Source of the DNA: Schmidtea polychroa
Taxonomy: Eukaryota
Length of the DNA: 64,000 nt
Direction: 5' to 3'
Assembly (NCBI GenBank): GCA_044892525.1
Contig: CM097885.1
Location: 52,826,001-52,890,000, forward strand
In this document: piece by piece, positions 52,251 through 64,000 of the stretch
Layout: the number at the start of each line of letters is the position of its first letter
Position numbering within the stretch: the first letter of the stretch is position 1
Notes under the pieces: model-generated
The model's input: only the letters and a program-made list of their open reading frames with translations
What the model was told of the DNA's origin: nothing
Database searches by the model: none
Translations under genes and position numbers: made by a program

Positions 52251-55200
52251 CCCCCTCCTTTAATAATCTTTTTCAGTTTTTATATTCCTTTAAACATTCT
52301 AATTTTTATTTTCTCAGTTGGTATTTTTACCACATAGCTACGATTGTGCCGTTTCTCAATAATGTTGAGGATACCTAAATAACAATTTACAAAGAAATAA
52401 ATAAAATTACCTGGAAGGGAAGATAACCATGACAAACGGGACGATCTATAGAAACTCAGAAAAGAAAACGGAAGTGAAAAGAAATTAAAAATGAGAAAGA
52501 TAAAGGAAATAAAAGGAATCAAACAAGAAAATAAAAACCAAGGTCAGTACTAATTAATTAGTACAAAAAGGAAAAGGAATTTTGAAATCGGGGGAAAAAG
52601 AAAAAAACAATATCCTTATCTCGACAGCTTGCCAGTGATAACAGAATTAATGGGAGAAGGCGGTCAAACAAAAAAAAGGAAAATGGAAAATAACTTGACA
52701 GCTGTTAGAGATAAAAATGGGACAGTCGGAGAAAGCAGGAGAAAGAAAATGGGAAAACACTTGATTATCTGAAGTGCCACAAATTGACAAGGTATAAAGG
52801 AGGTGGCACAGCAGAAGCAAAAAGAAGAAAAGATAGAGGAGAAAATTGAGAGAACACATGGGAGATTTGTTAGAGAAACAGTTTTGAGAACCCATTGAGG
52901 AAACAATTTGGAAGAAATATTTGAATCAAATTGAAGCAGAGAAATTACAAAGAAAACAGAAATAAAAGATAATCAGCAAAGAGTTCATTCAGTTGATAAT
53001 AGAGTAAAGTTAGACGAGTAAAGACAAGTCAAAATCAGAGAACAACCAGTTAAAATTACCAATTATTACACTCCTCAGTTGTGAGAGGTTTGACAAATCA
53101 AAGTTATACGAGTGTGCTATTCCTCAACATAGTGTTGTAATAAGCACGGTATAATAGTTAGCTTGTTGAGTCAATTGTATCATTGTGAAAATATTTGTGA
53201 TATTCAATAAAGTTTTCAGTGTTAATTGTTATTTGTGTAGCAGTCAGAGATACGCTTGGAGTCAGAGTAAGAGTTCTAATTCTATCAGCAACACAATAAC
53301 CCAACAATAATTTCTCCAGGACGATCATTTCTCACTATCGGTTCTTTGTAAATATATATTAAATTCCATTAAAAAATTTATCCCCCCAATTATCTTTGGA
53401 ATAACTCCTCGAGTAACATAGAATTCTATTGGTTTTGAAATACCCCCTACAGTTACAGTTATATTTATCTTTCCCATTACAGTTATGCCACTGCCGTTTG
53501 TACATTTCACTTCAATACCACATTTCTCCAATATTATGCTTTCAAATCTTTTATAAATCTCGTATTCTAAAACACTAATCTTTGCTCCTGTATCAAGTAT
53601 ACAAATTGCTTTTTCTTTATTTATTCCAATTTCTAAACTGGGTCTTCTTCCCATATGGTTATAATTAACTATAAATTCTTTAGGTACTCCAAATCTAAGA
53701 ATCCATTTTTGTAGTATTGTTTCCGTCACCGTTTCCTCATCCTGTTTAGCGACATCAGTCAGAGAGATAGATCTTCTAAATTGATCAATAATTACAAATA
53801 TATATCTTTTCTTTCTGAATGTTTCCTGTAGTGAGCCACATATATCAATGTACACTTTCTCCCTCCGCTCCTCTTCTGTCTGTTTTATTGCCTCTTCCTT
53901 CATCTTTGTTGTCACAACTTTCGTTCTTTGACATGCCTAGCATTGTCCAATTGTTTCTTTTACTTATTCTTTTATGTCTTCCATATCGTAATTGTCTGCT
54001 ACATATTTTGTCACATTTTCTGCTCCTGTGTGTGATAGTAAAATATGCATACTCTTTATCATTTCTCGTCTTTTGTCTCTAGGTATCCATATATTACCCT
54101 CTATAGTTTTCACCATGTTGTCTACCAATATAAATTTCCAACTTGAACCCTGTGCCATTTCCTTTTTTATTTGTCCTATTTCTGTATTATCTTTTTGCCA
54201 CTTATAATCTTCAGCTTTTTCCATCGTGTCTATTCTTCGGGTTTTCATTCTTTCCACGTTCGCGTCTTTGTGTGACAATAAACATGTATGATCCGTACCT
54301 TTTCTATACTCTATTTTAATATCCAGACCACTGAGGTAATTAATTGATTTCTTTGTGGATAACATAAACGTGATAGCTTTGTGGTCCGTTCTAAAAATGA
54401 ACCGTTTTCCAGATAAAAAAAAGGTGTTGACAAAAATAATATATTGCCAGCAACTCTTTCCTTGTTATGTAATATCACTTTTCATGATTGCTCATTGCAT
54501 GAGAACCGTATGCTATAACCTTTTCGCACCCGCTTTCGTCTTTCTGTGATAATACTACTCCAATCGTGTCAAAACTCGCATCAGTATCCAGAATGAATTC
54601 TCTTTCGAAATCTGGAAACCCTAGAATAGGTGAGCACACTGAAGCATTTTTCATATTTTGGAATGCAATGTTGCATCCGTCAGTCGAAATTAATTTTTTG
54701 TTGTTTAACCCGCATAGCTCTTCTAAAACTCTTGCCTTTTTTGCGTATTCTTTTATAAATCTTCTGTAGTAATTGCATATTCCTAGGAAGCTTCTTAGAT
54801 TCTTAACACATTTTGGCTTTTCAAATGATTTAATCGCGTCTAGCTTTGATGGGTCCGTCTGTATTTCATATTTGTTGATTATGTGACCTAAAGATTTGAC
54901 TTCCTCTTTAAGGATATGGCAATTTTCAGGGTTTATCCTAAGACCCGCCTTTCCAATTAACATAGAGACAGGCGTTCCCTATGCCGAATATAGCAGAGTG
55001 TTCCATGGTGAATTACACTTTTTGATAATATTGTTTGCCGAAAAGTTTTTATCGCTTCATCTATTTTACCTTCCAAGTTGACTCGTTGTCTCCAAGGTTT
55101 AATATTTATCGGTTTTCCTTGAGTTTCTACTTTATGCTTCAACAGCTTTGTGCAGCCAATGTCCCATTTATCAGTCATAAAATCATTTTGATACATTTTT

Positions 55201-55830
55201 ATAATGTTCACTAGTATCGGATTATTTTTCTTTAATGTATTCTTTGCTCTTTGAAATCGTTTCATCTCCGTTATTGTTTTCCCAAATTTGGCTTCAATAC
55301 TGCACATGTGCTCTTGCTTTGTTTTCTCGACCTCTTCTACTGGCCACGTTAGTTGTATACCAAATTGTTTTTGCAACTATATACCTTGTGACATGTAAAA
55401 CATTCTTTCTTAGTTCTTACTCTCTCTGCTCGCTATTATATCTTCGTGATACAATATTTCTTGCTTGATTTGTAACCGCGTCTCTGTAATTTCTTGTTAT
55501 ATTCTGTTCTGGTCTTCTTTCTCTCACTGTGTAAATCTTTTCTGCAACTATACGAGACTCGTGTAACTTCTTGATTTTATTCTTCACTTCCGTTGTTGCT
55601 TTGGCGTCACTTAGACACAATTCTCGCTTCAAAGTCTTCTCGGCTGCACAGTGTACCAGCAGATATTTATCGCATTCTTTAATGAATGTTTCAATATCAT
55701 CTCTTCTATGATAATGGTTTGGAAATAGCTTCTTTATGAAAAAATCCATAGACGTGGTAGCCATATTAGAAGCTGCTAAAACATCCTCTAAATTATTTTT
55801 TAAATCAGGTTCAAAAGATAACGTCATAAT
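52251..55830 (-). mobile_element. Decayed and rearranged Ty3/Gypsy internal region
   Basis: Gag-like 55417-55827; RT/RNase H (RSFLGICNYYRRFI, FILDTDAS); integrase (VYIDICG, ILRFGVPKE); protease LDTGAKIS; polypurine tract aaggaggggg followed by TG at 52250. Confidence 0.85.
52363..53306. mobile_element. Solo LTR (944 bp), same family as 51132-52089
   Basis: TGTTG...CAACA termini, 4-bp TSD ATAA; interrupts the integrase-tail-like frame DRPGEII|EKRHNRSYVVK. Confidence 0.85.
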
Positions 55831-56044
55831 TCCAAGTATTTATTTAATGAAATATTGTATAATTTTCAAACAAATTTTCAGCGTTGAATAAAATATTTTC
55901 AAAACTATTTATTAAAATTTCGATATTATTTAAAAATTATTTACTAATAAAACTTCTTTTAAAAAACGTATTTAATTTAAAAATTTTGATTTAAAAAATT
56001 CAATTTAAAAATTATTTTAATAGTCCATAATTTATCATTTAAAA

Positions 56045-56580
56045 TTATCTTATTAAATCATTGAGATATTTAATTCTCAGCTGACAACATCTCACAGCTA
56101 CTTTAACATAATTTTTCTTTACATCCTGTATCGAAGCAATGTTTTCGATTTCAATTTCTTTTTTAATGTCATCATATTTGACCAATAGATTTTTAATTTC
56201 TTCGAATGTTTTTAGTCCTTGTAATTTTAAATCTTTTTTAAATTCTCTATCGTCAAGAGTATTTTGGATTAAAAATATTTTTTTATAAAAAGTCATTAAT
56301 TGTTTCTCCTCTTCGAAATGATAAGGCTTCGTTGAGATTATTTGCCAAGTTAGATGGATTTGTAAAGGCATCGGTGATTCTTTTCTTGTAGTGAATTTCA
56401 GGATACATATCCTCGAACTTTCGCGTTTCTTCCATTGATAGAAACTCTTTGATAAAAACTCCTCTGTGTTCTTCAGCTGTCTGAGTAAACTCAAAAAAAT
56501 TATCTGTTTCATCAATAAATTTTTCTCTGTCATCGCCGATTTCAAATGTTTCTGGTGGTCTAATAAACTCCAGCAAAGCA
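56045..56580 (-). pseudogene. Gag-like retrotransposon fragment
   Basis: RPPETFEIGDDREKFIDETDNFF resembles the gag start at 55417-55827 (FPNHYHRRDDIETFIKECDKYL). Confidence 0.55.
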
Positions 56581-56800
56581 TTTTACAGCTGTGGAACATT
56601 TGAAGAGGTTGTACAAGTTCTTCAACAACTTTTGCTTTTTCGGTGCTTGAACTTTTCTTGGTCATCGTGAATTATGATTAAAATGAAATGGTACATGGTT
56701 TTTATTCATGTGACAGATGTCTATCATTCCAATCAGATTACAACACGTCTTTGTTTTAATCGCATTCAAAATGCATTGATATTTTATTGTCACAAGTTTA

Positions 56801-56870
<70 letters not shown>

Positions 56871-56875
56871 TTACT
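56580..56875 (-). mobile_element. Fragment of a related Polinton (5' end and upstream region of the 31026-31445 gene)
   Basis: MTKKSSSTEKAKVVEELVQPLQMF vs MTKKISSTEKPKVVPELVQPVQMF; upstream atgattaaaatgaaatggtaca and ccaatcagatt are shared too. Confidence 0.88.
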
Positions 56876-57259
56876 ATTAAACCAATTATATTTTATGCAA
56901 TATTTATTAATTTGACAAATTATAAATTAATGGAAACAAAAATTTACACAGTTCAAATTATTCACAAAAAATTTGACAAATTTTTATTTAAATAAATATT
57001 TGTACTGTCTTAAACAAAAATTTATCTTGGACAAAATAATTTTTCCATAGTGTGCGGTAATTTTTTGATGAATATTTTTTTGTCAATATGACATCTGTTT
57101 ATTAGATTTTTGACTAGAAAAAAATATTTTTTACAACTCGTAATTTTTTGGAATTTCTTATTTACATTTTTTTAAACCAATTTTAATAAGACAATTTATA
57201 TTTAAAATCTTATTTTCACATCTCAATATATAAGTTGAAGCAACAAGAACTGATATTTT

Positions 57260-58265
57260 AAATCAATGAAAAAAACTAGTTTTATTGTTTTGGATTATTG
57301 GTGTGAAAGTAATTATTACACATGGGAAATATGTATGAAAAATGATAGAGAATATTTTTTGAGCAAAACTTTCAATAATACTCATCGAGGGTTTTTTGAT
57401 TATTCGTATACATTTCAGATTTAGCATAACTTCAGAGAAAAATTCTAAAATGGTTAAATCACACGATCGTGACGCCAATTCACATTTCTATTGTAAGAAA
57501 TTACACGATCTGAGAAAAAGTTTTGCAAAAAAGCCATTGTTTCATCAGTAGTATGACTTGTAGACCCATCTTGCTAGAAACACATATTTCCCACGTCCAA
57601 ATTCATTCAAATTATGTCAATTATTTTATGTCATCTATTCCTATTGACTGACACTGCTTGACCATGTTAATCCTGGAGGAAATTTGGTCCAATGACTTCT
57701 TCAGCCCACACACTACACCAAAGAGAAACAAGTTTTGGATGAATCGGAACTTCCTGAATTGCCTTTTAACTTTCTTATGGTCATATTCGATAATTTTGGT
57801 TGCTTAAATAGCTATTCAAGTGGAAACACATTTCGTGAAAATTCTCACTTCTAATATGTTCAAAGCATCATTTCTCTAGCATACGATATTGTTAATGGTC
57901 AACAGGATTTTTTTCTTGAACCAATTGAATTATTTACGGTCCTAAATTCAAATTGCTTTGCAAAATTCATTGTAACGTACTTCTAGTAATGTTTAATTGT
58001 TTCGAACAATGATGAGTCGAGGTATTTGGTTCATTTACAGTATCATTATTTTTCTTCAACGAAATGGATAATGACGAATTGCTGTTGTTTTCAAGAAAGC
58101 CATATTCTTTGAATTTCTTTATTAAATTCATCACTGTATTGAATGTGGGCCGACGATTTGGAAGAAAAACAGCACGAATATTATGAAGTATATTACTGAT
58201 GTTTTCACCATTTTTATAATAAATTTTAATAATTTATACGCGTTCTGTAATTGTGTAATTCTCTT
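57260..58265 (-). pseudogene. Tc1/mariner transposase remnant
   Basis: Broken frames: YTITERV*IIKIYYKNGE, EMCFHLNSYLSNQNYRI, F*QDGSTSHT, SRSCDLTILEFF (cf. WPPRSCDLTPLDFF). Confidence 0.8.
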
Positions 58266-60071
58266 ATGATTAATTTATAGGTTATGTATATGGAGTATGT
58301 CCATTAAAAAAAATGACGGTAAATTTAATATTGCAATTCTTGTTGTGCAACCGTTTATTATATAAACTTTAAAATAACTTGTCGAAAGCGGAATCATTTA
58401 TAGAGACATAATTTAAATAAATAACTAGGTAACCAAATTCTGTAGTGTTTATTTTTTAAATAAAATATCTGAATCTGAAACAACTCCTGTTCACACCAAT
58501 ACGAAATTTAACAAATCTATCTTTCGAAGACTGGCACTATGAAAAACAATAGTATGTGAAAATTTCATATTGTCTCATATATTTCAAGAAATAATAGATT
58601 ATTAATATATTTTTAGCGTTATAAGACATTATTTTAGAAGAGTTTTAAAATATTTTTCTATCAGAAAAAAGCTTCCGTAAAGAGTACTAAAACTTTTTTC
58701 ACATAAAAAAGATATTTTAAAACTCCTTTAAGCTAGTGGCTTATAACGCAAAAACAGAGTAATAATACAAAATTCATATACTAAGATTTTTATTGTGAAC
58801 ACGAATACAAAATTTTTAGTTTAAATCGATTTTGAAAATGTTGCTTTTCTAGATTTCATTGTTGAAAATTTAGTCGCACATCGTCAATATTTATTTCATT
58901 GTCAATTTTCATGAAAAAACAACAAGACTTCGGAAATTTTTCCACATTAGTGCCAGCATGACAGTCATGTATTAAACCCGCCTTTTGGCGGCCATCTATC
59001 TCATTCACCTTCTCTGATTGAATCTTATATTTTTTCTTGTTTTTGCTCGAAAAAAATCCAAACTTATTAAAACAACTTTTTAAAATTAAATTGAGATTAG
59101 TTAAAGATAAATTATTTAAATTTCGTAGTGGAGTGAACATGACCAATTTTAGGTCAAAATATTTCATTTACTAAATAATATTTTATATTCATCAGTCAAA
59201 TATTAGGTGAATTTTAGAAAATTGTTGTATTTTTTTAGGAAATAATCAAAACATATACAGCATAAGATTCTCTTATAGAACATGCTCTAATTCTTTTCCT
59301 ATATAAATCAATGTATCCAATTTTTGTGTTACATTGTAGAATCGAAAATGAAAAATTTAAAACTTTAGAATAACTTTAAAAATTTTAACACGATATCTAT
59401 ATTCTAATGACATCTGAAAATTGACTTTTTCCTATTGAATAATGCATAATTTGTTTTATATAATCAAATATTTGTTTTAAAAATATTACACTACTGCATA
59501 AGAACTTTTATTTTAAACAAATTTAACTTATTTTTTAAGTTTTACAGCTAAATTTGGAAATCGTGAGTATCAAATGTTAAATGCTAAAAGTTAAAATTTG
59601 ATAATATATAATTTATATATGTCGTTTCCGACGCAACATAAAATACAATGACTTATTTGACCATCTGACATCCGTTGAGTGATCAACGTTGGTAATGTGT
59701 TGTATGGGTGAATACTCGTTAGAAGTGAGCGCACTATAATCTTCGAGCATTCGAAGCTGGGAAGATCTATTCCCTTATGTCTTGTTCCTCATGCTATGAT
59801 GTGAGTCTGCGTTACCCTACTGGAACATCTTTCTCAAATGCACTTGAGTTAGAAATGAAAATGAACTACATACAAGTTTATAAATGAACATGGGAGTCGG
59901 CATTTTCTATATAATACAATACAAAATTTTTGAAATTTTTTATTGACACATTAAAACAAACTTTCGTTCTTAAAAATTCATTTATATATTATGAATATCA
60001 AAGAAATAAGTCTAAAACAAAATAATAAAATAACTCTTGCAAAGCAGAATAAGATTTTTAAATTAAACCTG

Positions 60072-61937
60072 TTATTTATCTTTGTCATTTTCTAAAAATA
60101 AAAATTGTAATATTCTCGGTTTCCCTGTAAACTTGGATATGGAAGGTTTCACAAATTCTTCGTTGACATCAATTCTCTTTCTATGTAAGCTCATCCTGCA
60201 TAAACCTGACAATTGTTCTTCTGACATGGTTGACCTTGTCCATGTCTTTACTTTTTGTAATGTGCTAAATGAGCGTTCCACGGTACACGTTGTGATGGGT
60301 AGAGTGAGACCAATTTTAATAGCTTGAAAAATTGCAGGATAAAATATTTTAGCCTTTTCTAATAAATCTATATATTCCACCTTTGATGTATCCACGTGAT
60401 CTTCAACCCAAGTTTCATACCATCTAGATTCTAGAAACTTCACTAATATAGTTATCCATAAGAAAATTTCAATAAAACTGTTCTAAATTTTTTGACAATC
60501 AGTTTTTGTCAACAATTTCATAACTCGTCAATATAACTATTGTTGCTATAATATTTCCCTTGTAGTACTAGTAATATAACTTAATGGTTATCATTTTTAC
60601 CTATATAAATTCGGTTCAGCGTCAATTTAAAATTGCAGACACCGGTCATTACTACCAATTACTATGTCCACAGTTTATGTTTACCCAACAACGTCATTCA
60701 CACAATATTCTTTCATAAATCAAAATCTATTTTATAATTGAATAAAACAAACACTAAATGTCATTATCTGGGAAAACAATCTAGAAGGATAGCTTTGTCC
60801 CGAACTGAGCAGGGCTCCTCGCGTCTCCAAGAAACTGAAATCGGAATTTACACCTGTCGATTCTGCAATTCAGCCCGATCCTTCTGCCACTTCTCATCAT
60901 AGTTCGCTGTCGGTATTGGCAATGAGGCCCAGTTCAATTTTCTTTTAAATGCGTTTCAACTTTACGATTGCTTGATTGATGTCGTTAACCGTTTGCATTC
61001 GAGCAATAGGGGCCGGGTTTAAGGTCCGGTCTCTCTTCAGCACGACCTTCGGGCATTGATTGAGACGTTGTGACTTTGGGCTCGAAAATATCTCATTTGC
61101 CTTCTTGATTCTGAAGCCCCTGTTCCTAGTGCTTTTCTTTACTAGTGCTTTAGACTCTGCTTTGACAACTGGTCTTTGGCTTGCATCGGTACTTGCATCA
61201 ACATCTTTAGGATATACTATTTCAGTTTTGGGAAATGCATTATTCTGCATGTCGTGATCTTCTGAACGATAAATAGACTCTACATCCCCTACTATTAAAT
61301 TCACATTTGTGGAAGTTAGTGAATGGCAACTGCTGTTTTCTGCATTCGTATTATAATCCGTATTAGCAGTAACATTAACTACATTTTGGTACAACTTACA
61401 AATGCATCAAGCGAGTTATTTTGTTTGCTTAATTCCTTTATCGCATGCTCACGCTTCTTTCGTTTTGCAGCTCCATATTCGTGTCTACGTTTCATTGCGG
61501 CAGATTTTAATCAATATTTATTAATGTATAAATTTCAATTATATCGATTATATTATATTAGTGGGGTAAACTACAGCAGACGGCCGTCGTTGGCGCTGCG
61601 ACTAGTTGCTAGCTAACAAGTTCGATGTTGTTTTGCATAAAAATGAAAAAGAAATAAAGTAACGAAGAACATAGGGAAAATAATTAATTTATATGATAAA
61701 ATATTTCAATTAATTTTTTAAAGAATTAAATGTAAAAATAGATATTTATTAAAGAATTTAATTATTTTTATGTTTAGGTAAATTATGCATGGGTTAGGGT
61801 TAGGTTATATTTACAATAAGTCATTAAAGTCAAAATTCACAGTTGTCAATTTTAATTTATGTCGTTTGATTGGGGGTCCCTCAAGATTTTGGGCCCTAGA
61901 CACGCGCCTAGTGCGCCTATGCGTTAACGCACCAGTG
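60072..61937 (-). mobile_element. Internally deleted hAT element (ZMYM1-like transposase N- and C-termini)
   Basis: C-terminal dimerisation motif LTLPITTCTVERSFSTLQKVKTWTRSTMSEEQLSGL (60072-60443); N-terminus MKRRHEYGAAKRKKRE..SLDAF from 61495; GC-rich hAT-like end at ~61870-61937. The other end was not located. Confidence 0.7.
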
Positions 61938-62040
61938 TATATAGGTTAATAGAACTTGGGGAATCATACCCAATGGACAGATTAAGATATTTTTATTTAT
62001 ATTTTTAACGTATAGTGTATAATTGTTATTATTTTCTTAG

Positions 62041-62178
62041 AAATGCAGAATAACGTCATTGCTTGTGCTATAATGGTTTTAATATGCAGTTTATTTGCAT
62101 TTGGATTAGCGCTTGCCAGCTTAATTTGGCAATTAGTTCTATGTGGAATGGTAGCGTCAGTTCTGTTTGCCATGTCAG
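62041..62178 (+). CDS. Host claudin/PMP22-like gene, coding exon 3 (gene continues beyond)
   Basis: ttcttag|..|gtaaga, 138 nt, phase 1-1; KMQNNVIACAIMVLICSLFAFGLALASLIWQLVLCGMVASVLFAMS gives TM2 and TM3. Absent from the ORF track. Confidence 0.8.
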
Positions 62179-63639
62179 GTAAGATGACAACTTAAATATT
62201 TCAAGTAAATATGATTGTAATTTAATTTTAAGAGTTTTATGCTTATTATAATTTATATATAATTTATATAAGTTTAATTTTTCAAATTTTTTAATTTTAC
62301 TTTTACATGATTTTAAATTAATATGTTGAATATATAAATTAATATCTGGAAAATATAAATAAATAAAAAGAAAATATAAATCAATGTGTTAAAAAAATAA
62401 ATTAATATAAATCGATATAAATAAAATATAAATCAATATAATATTTTCTGTTTCATACAAAAACTACAATACAAATCATATATTATTTATTAACCATATT
62501 ATCACTAAGCGTATATTGTTATTAATTAATTAAAAGACAACTTTATCCAGGAATTATTATTTAATGTAAATTTACGTATAAATAAAAAAAATACTTTGTT
62601 TTTTTAGTATTATTGAATCAAGAAAAATTATTGTAATATATTTTAAATATATTTTTAATATATTTTAAACTAATAATTATTGTAATATAAGTAATTATTT
62701 CCTTCACTGATTTGTCTGATAAAATATGTTATAAATAATGTTTGCAGTAAATCAATAAAATATCTCCGTATTCTTTCTTCTTTCTTTCTGTACACTTTAC
62801 TTTTCTAAGATATTGATTTAATTTTATTTTTTTTAAACTAAAAGTACAGAAAATCCAACAGAAACACTCAATGGAATTCCAGACGTTCTGCAATTCAAAG
62901 GTGATGCTTATTTAAAATTAAGTAATAATCTTCAAATAATATCGAAATGATTATTCATGGATTCCGAATATTTCAGAATGAATCCAGTCTAAATGCAGTA
63001 AAATTTTAAGCCTAACCTTAGCATGATATTTTGTAATTTTCATGAGACCTTAACGCAGATTCTTCATAAATGAATTTCAAAAATTTTCCCAACGATATTT
63101 TTTTCTCAAAATCGTGTGAAATAGCGTTATTATAGAAACGTTTCTCAGCGACGCGTTTCTATATATTGAAAGTTTGCATCTATTTTTTTTAGTATGTGTT
63201 GTGTTTGTTTGCAGGATTGGATTTTTCTACCACTTTTTCGATTTCTATAGTGTAAAGCATATCTCATCTAATTATCAATGAGAACATCAACGTGAAATCA
63301 AAGTGAGTTTGTATGTTTGTATGATTTTTTTTCTTATATTATTGGAAGCGTATCTCAATGGTTTCTGGTGTATTGCTTTTTTATGACTTGTGAAATATCA
63401 AAATTTAGAGTTTTGGTTTTAAAGATGGAATCCTTTAAAAAGCTATTGAATTTTTATGGAAGTTAAGGTTAGGTCATATGTTTATGAATTTCCTTGATGC
63501 ATGTTTTAAACTTAGTATTATCAACTCCAGAAAATATATATAATATATATAAATATATATAAATATATATAAATATATATAATATATATAAAAAATATAT
63601 AAATATATAATAAATATATAATATACCATGCTAAAAACT

Positions 63640-63890
63640 CTCAATTCTTAAGAAAAAAAATTGTAAATTTTTTTTGCCTCCATACAGCCCCAAATCAAAT
63701 CCGGTTGAGGAATGTTTTTCTATGGTTAAAACGAAATATTACATTTTCAGATCATCTGCATCGAATTCCAAGCAAATAAGAGCAATTTTTACAAATAAAA
63801 TCGAAAATATAAACCGAGATCAAAACAACTAAAGTTTTTATGGCTATATGAGAACTTGTTTAAAACAAGAATTCAAAAATATTAATTGAA
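63640..63890 (+). pseudogene. IS630/Tc1-type transposase C-terminal fragment
   Basis: FLPPYSPKSNPVEECFSMVK matches the LPPYSPxLNPIE motif; preceded by a TA-rich tract at 63535-63625. Confidence 0.7.
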
Positions 63891-64000
63891 TAAAAATTGT
63901 TCTTATTGAAATTAATATTTTATAGTTACCTTGTATGCAATCAAGAATGTTTTTGTGTTGACATTGTGTTTGTGCAAGTTTTTTACTATTTGTTTTATAT

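Noticed and set aside
51132..53306. Reading the two LTRs as the 5' and 3' LTRs of one TRIM-like element
   Set aside because: Each has its own different TSD, they are clearly diverged, and the spacer belongs to another Gypsy element.
59655..59760. Faint resemblance to 5S rRNA or a 5S-derived SINE head
   Set aside because: Too few matching positions by eye; needs an Infernal search.

Overview
Very AT-rich animal genomic DNA. Short ~45-bp introns, (AAT)n/(TA)n tracts and the TE content suggest a flatworm such as a planarian, but this is inference only. Three in-phase exons of a claudin/PMP22-like host gene (4795-5110, 48477-48614, 62041-62178) span the window, and nearly everything else lies in its 43-kb and 13-kb introns. 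The centrepiece is a complete 15.8-kb Polinton/Maverick endogenous virus (29149-44958; AGTAG...CTACT ends, ~0.7-0.9-kb TIRs, 6-bp TSD AATAAC). It encodes pPolB, integrase, packaging ATPase, major and minor capsid proteins, an adenain-type protease and core proteins. It also carries a left-end accessory cassette: a spliced Bcl-2-family gene that the ORF track cuts in half, a minimal TATA-binding-protein homologue, a candidate SSB and two orphan genes. About eight spliceosomal introns can be placed in frame in the element, one made almost entirely of (ATT)n inside the integrase catalytic motif. The Polinton sits in a Buster-type hAT element, which sits in an older hAT element that also took a MULE and a MITE; the four inserted elements all have readable TSDs. 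A second, gene-less 8.2-kb Polinton-type element (6394-14560, TSD CAAAAC) shares a ~95-bp subterminal module with the first. The rest is decayed Gypsy, RLE non-LTR, Tc1/mariner and hAT sequence plus two solo LTRs. All calls come from reading motifs by eye; no searches were run.
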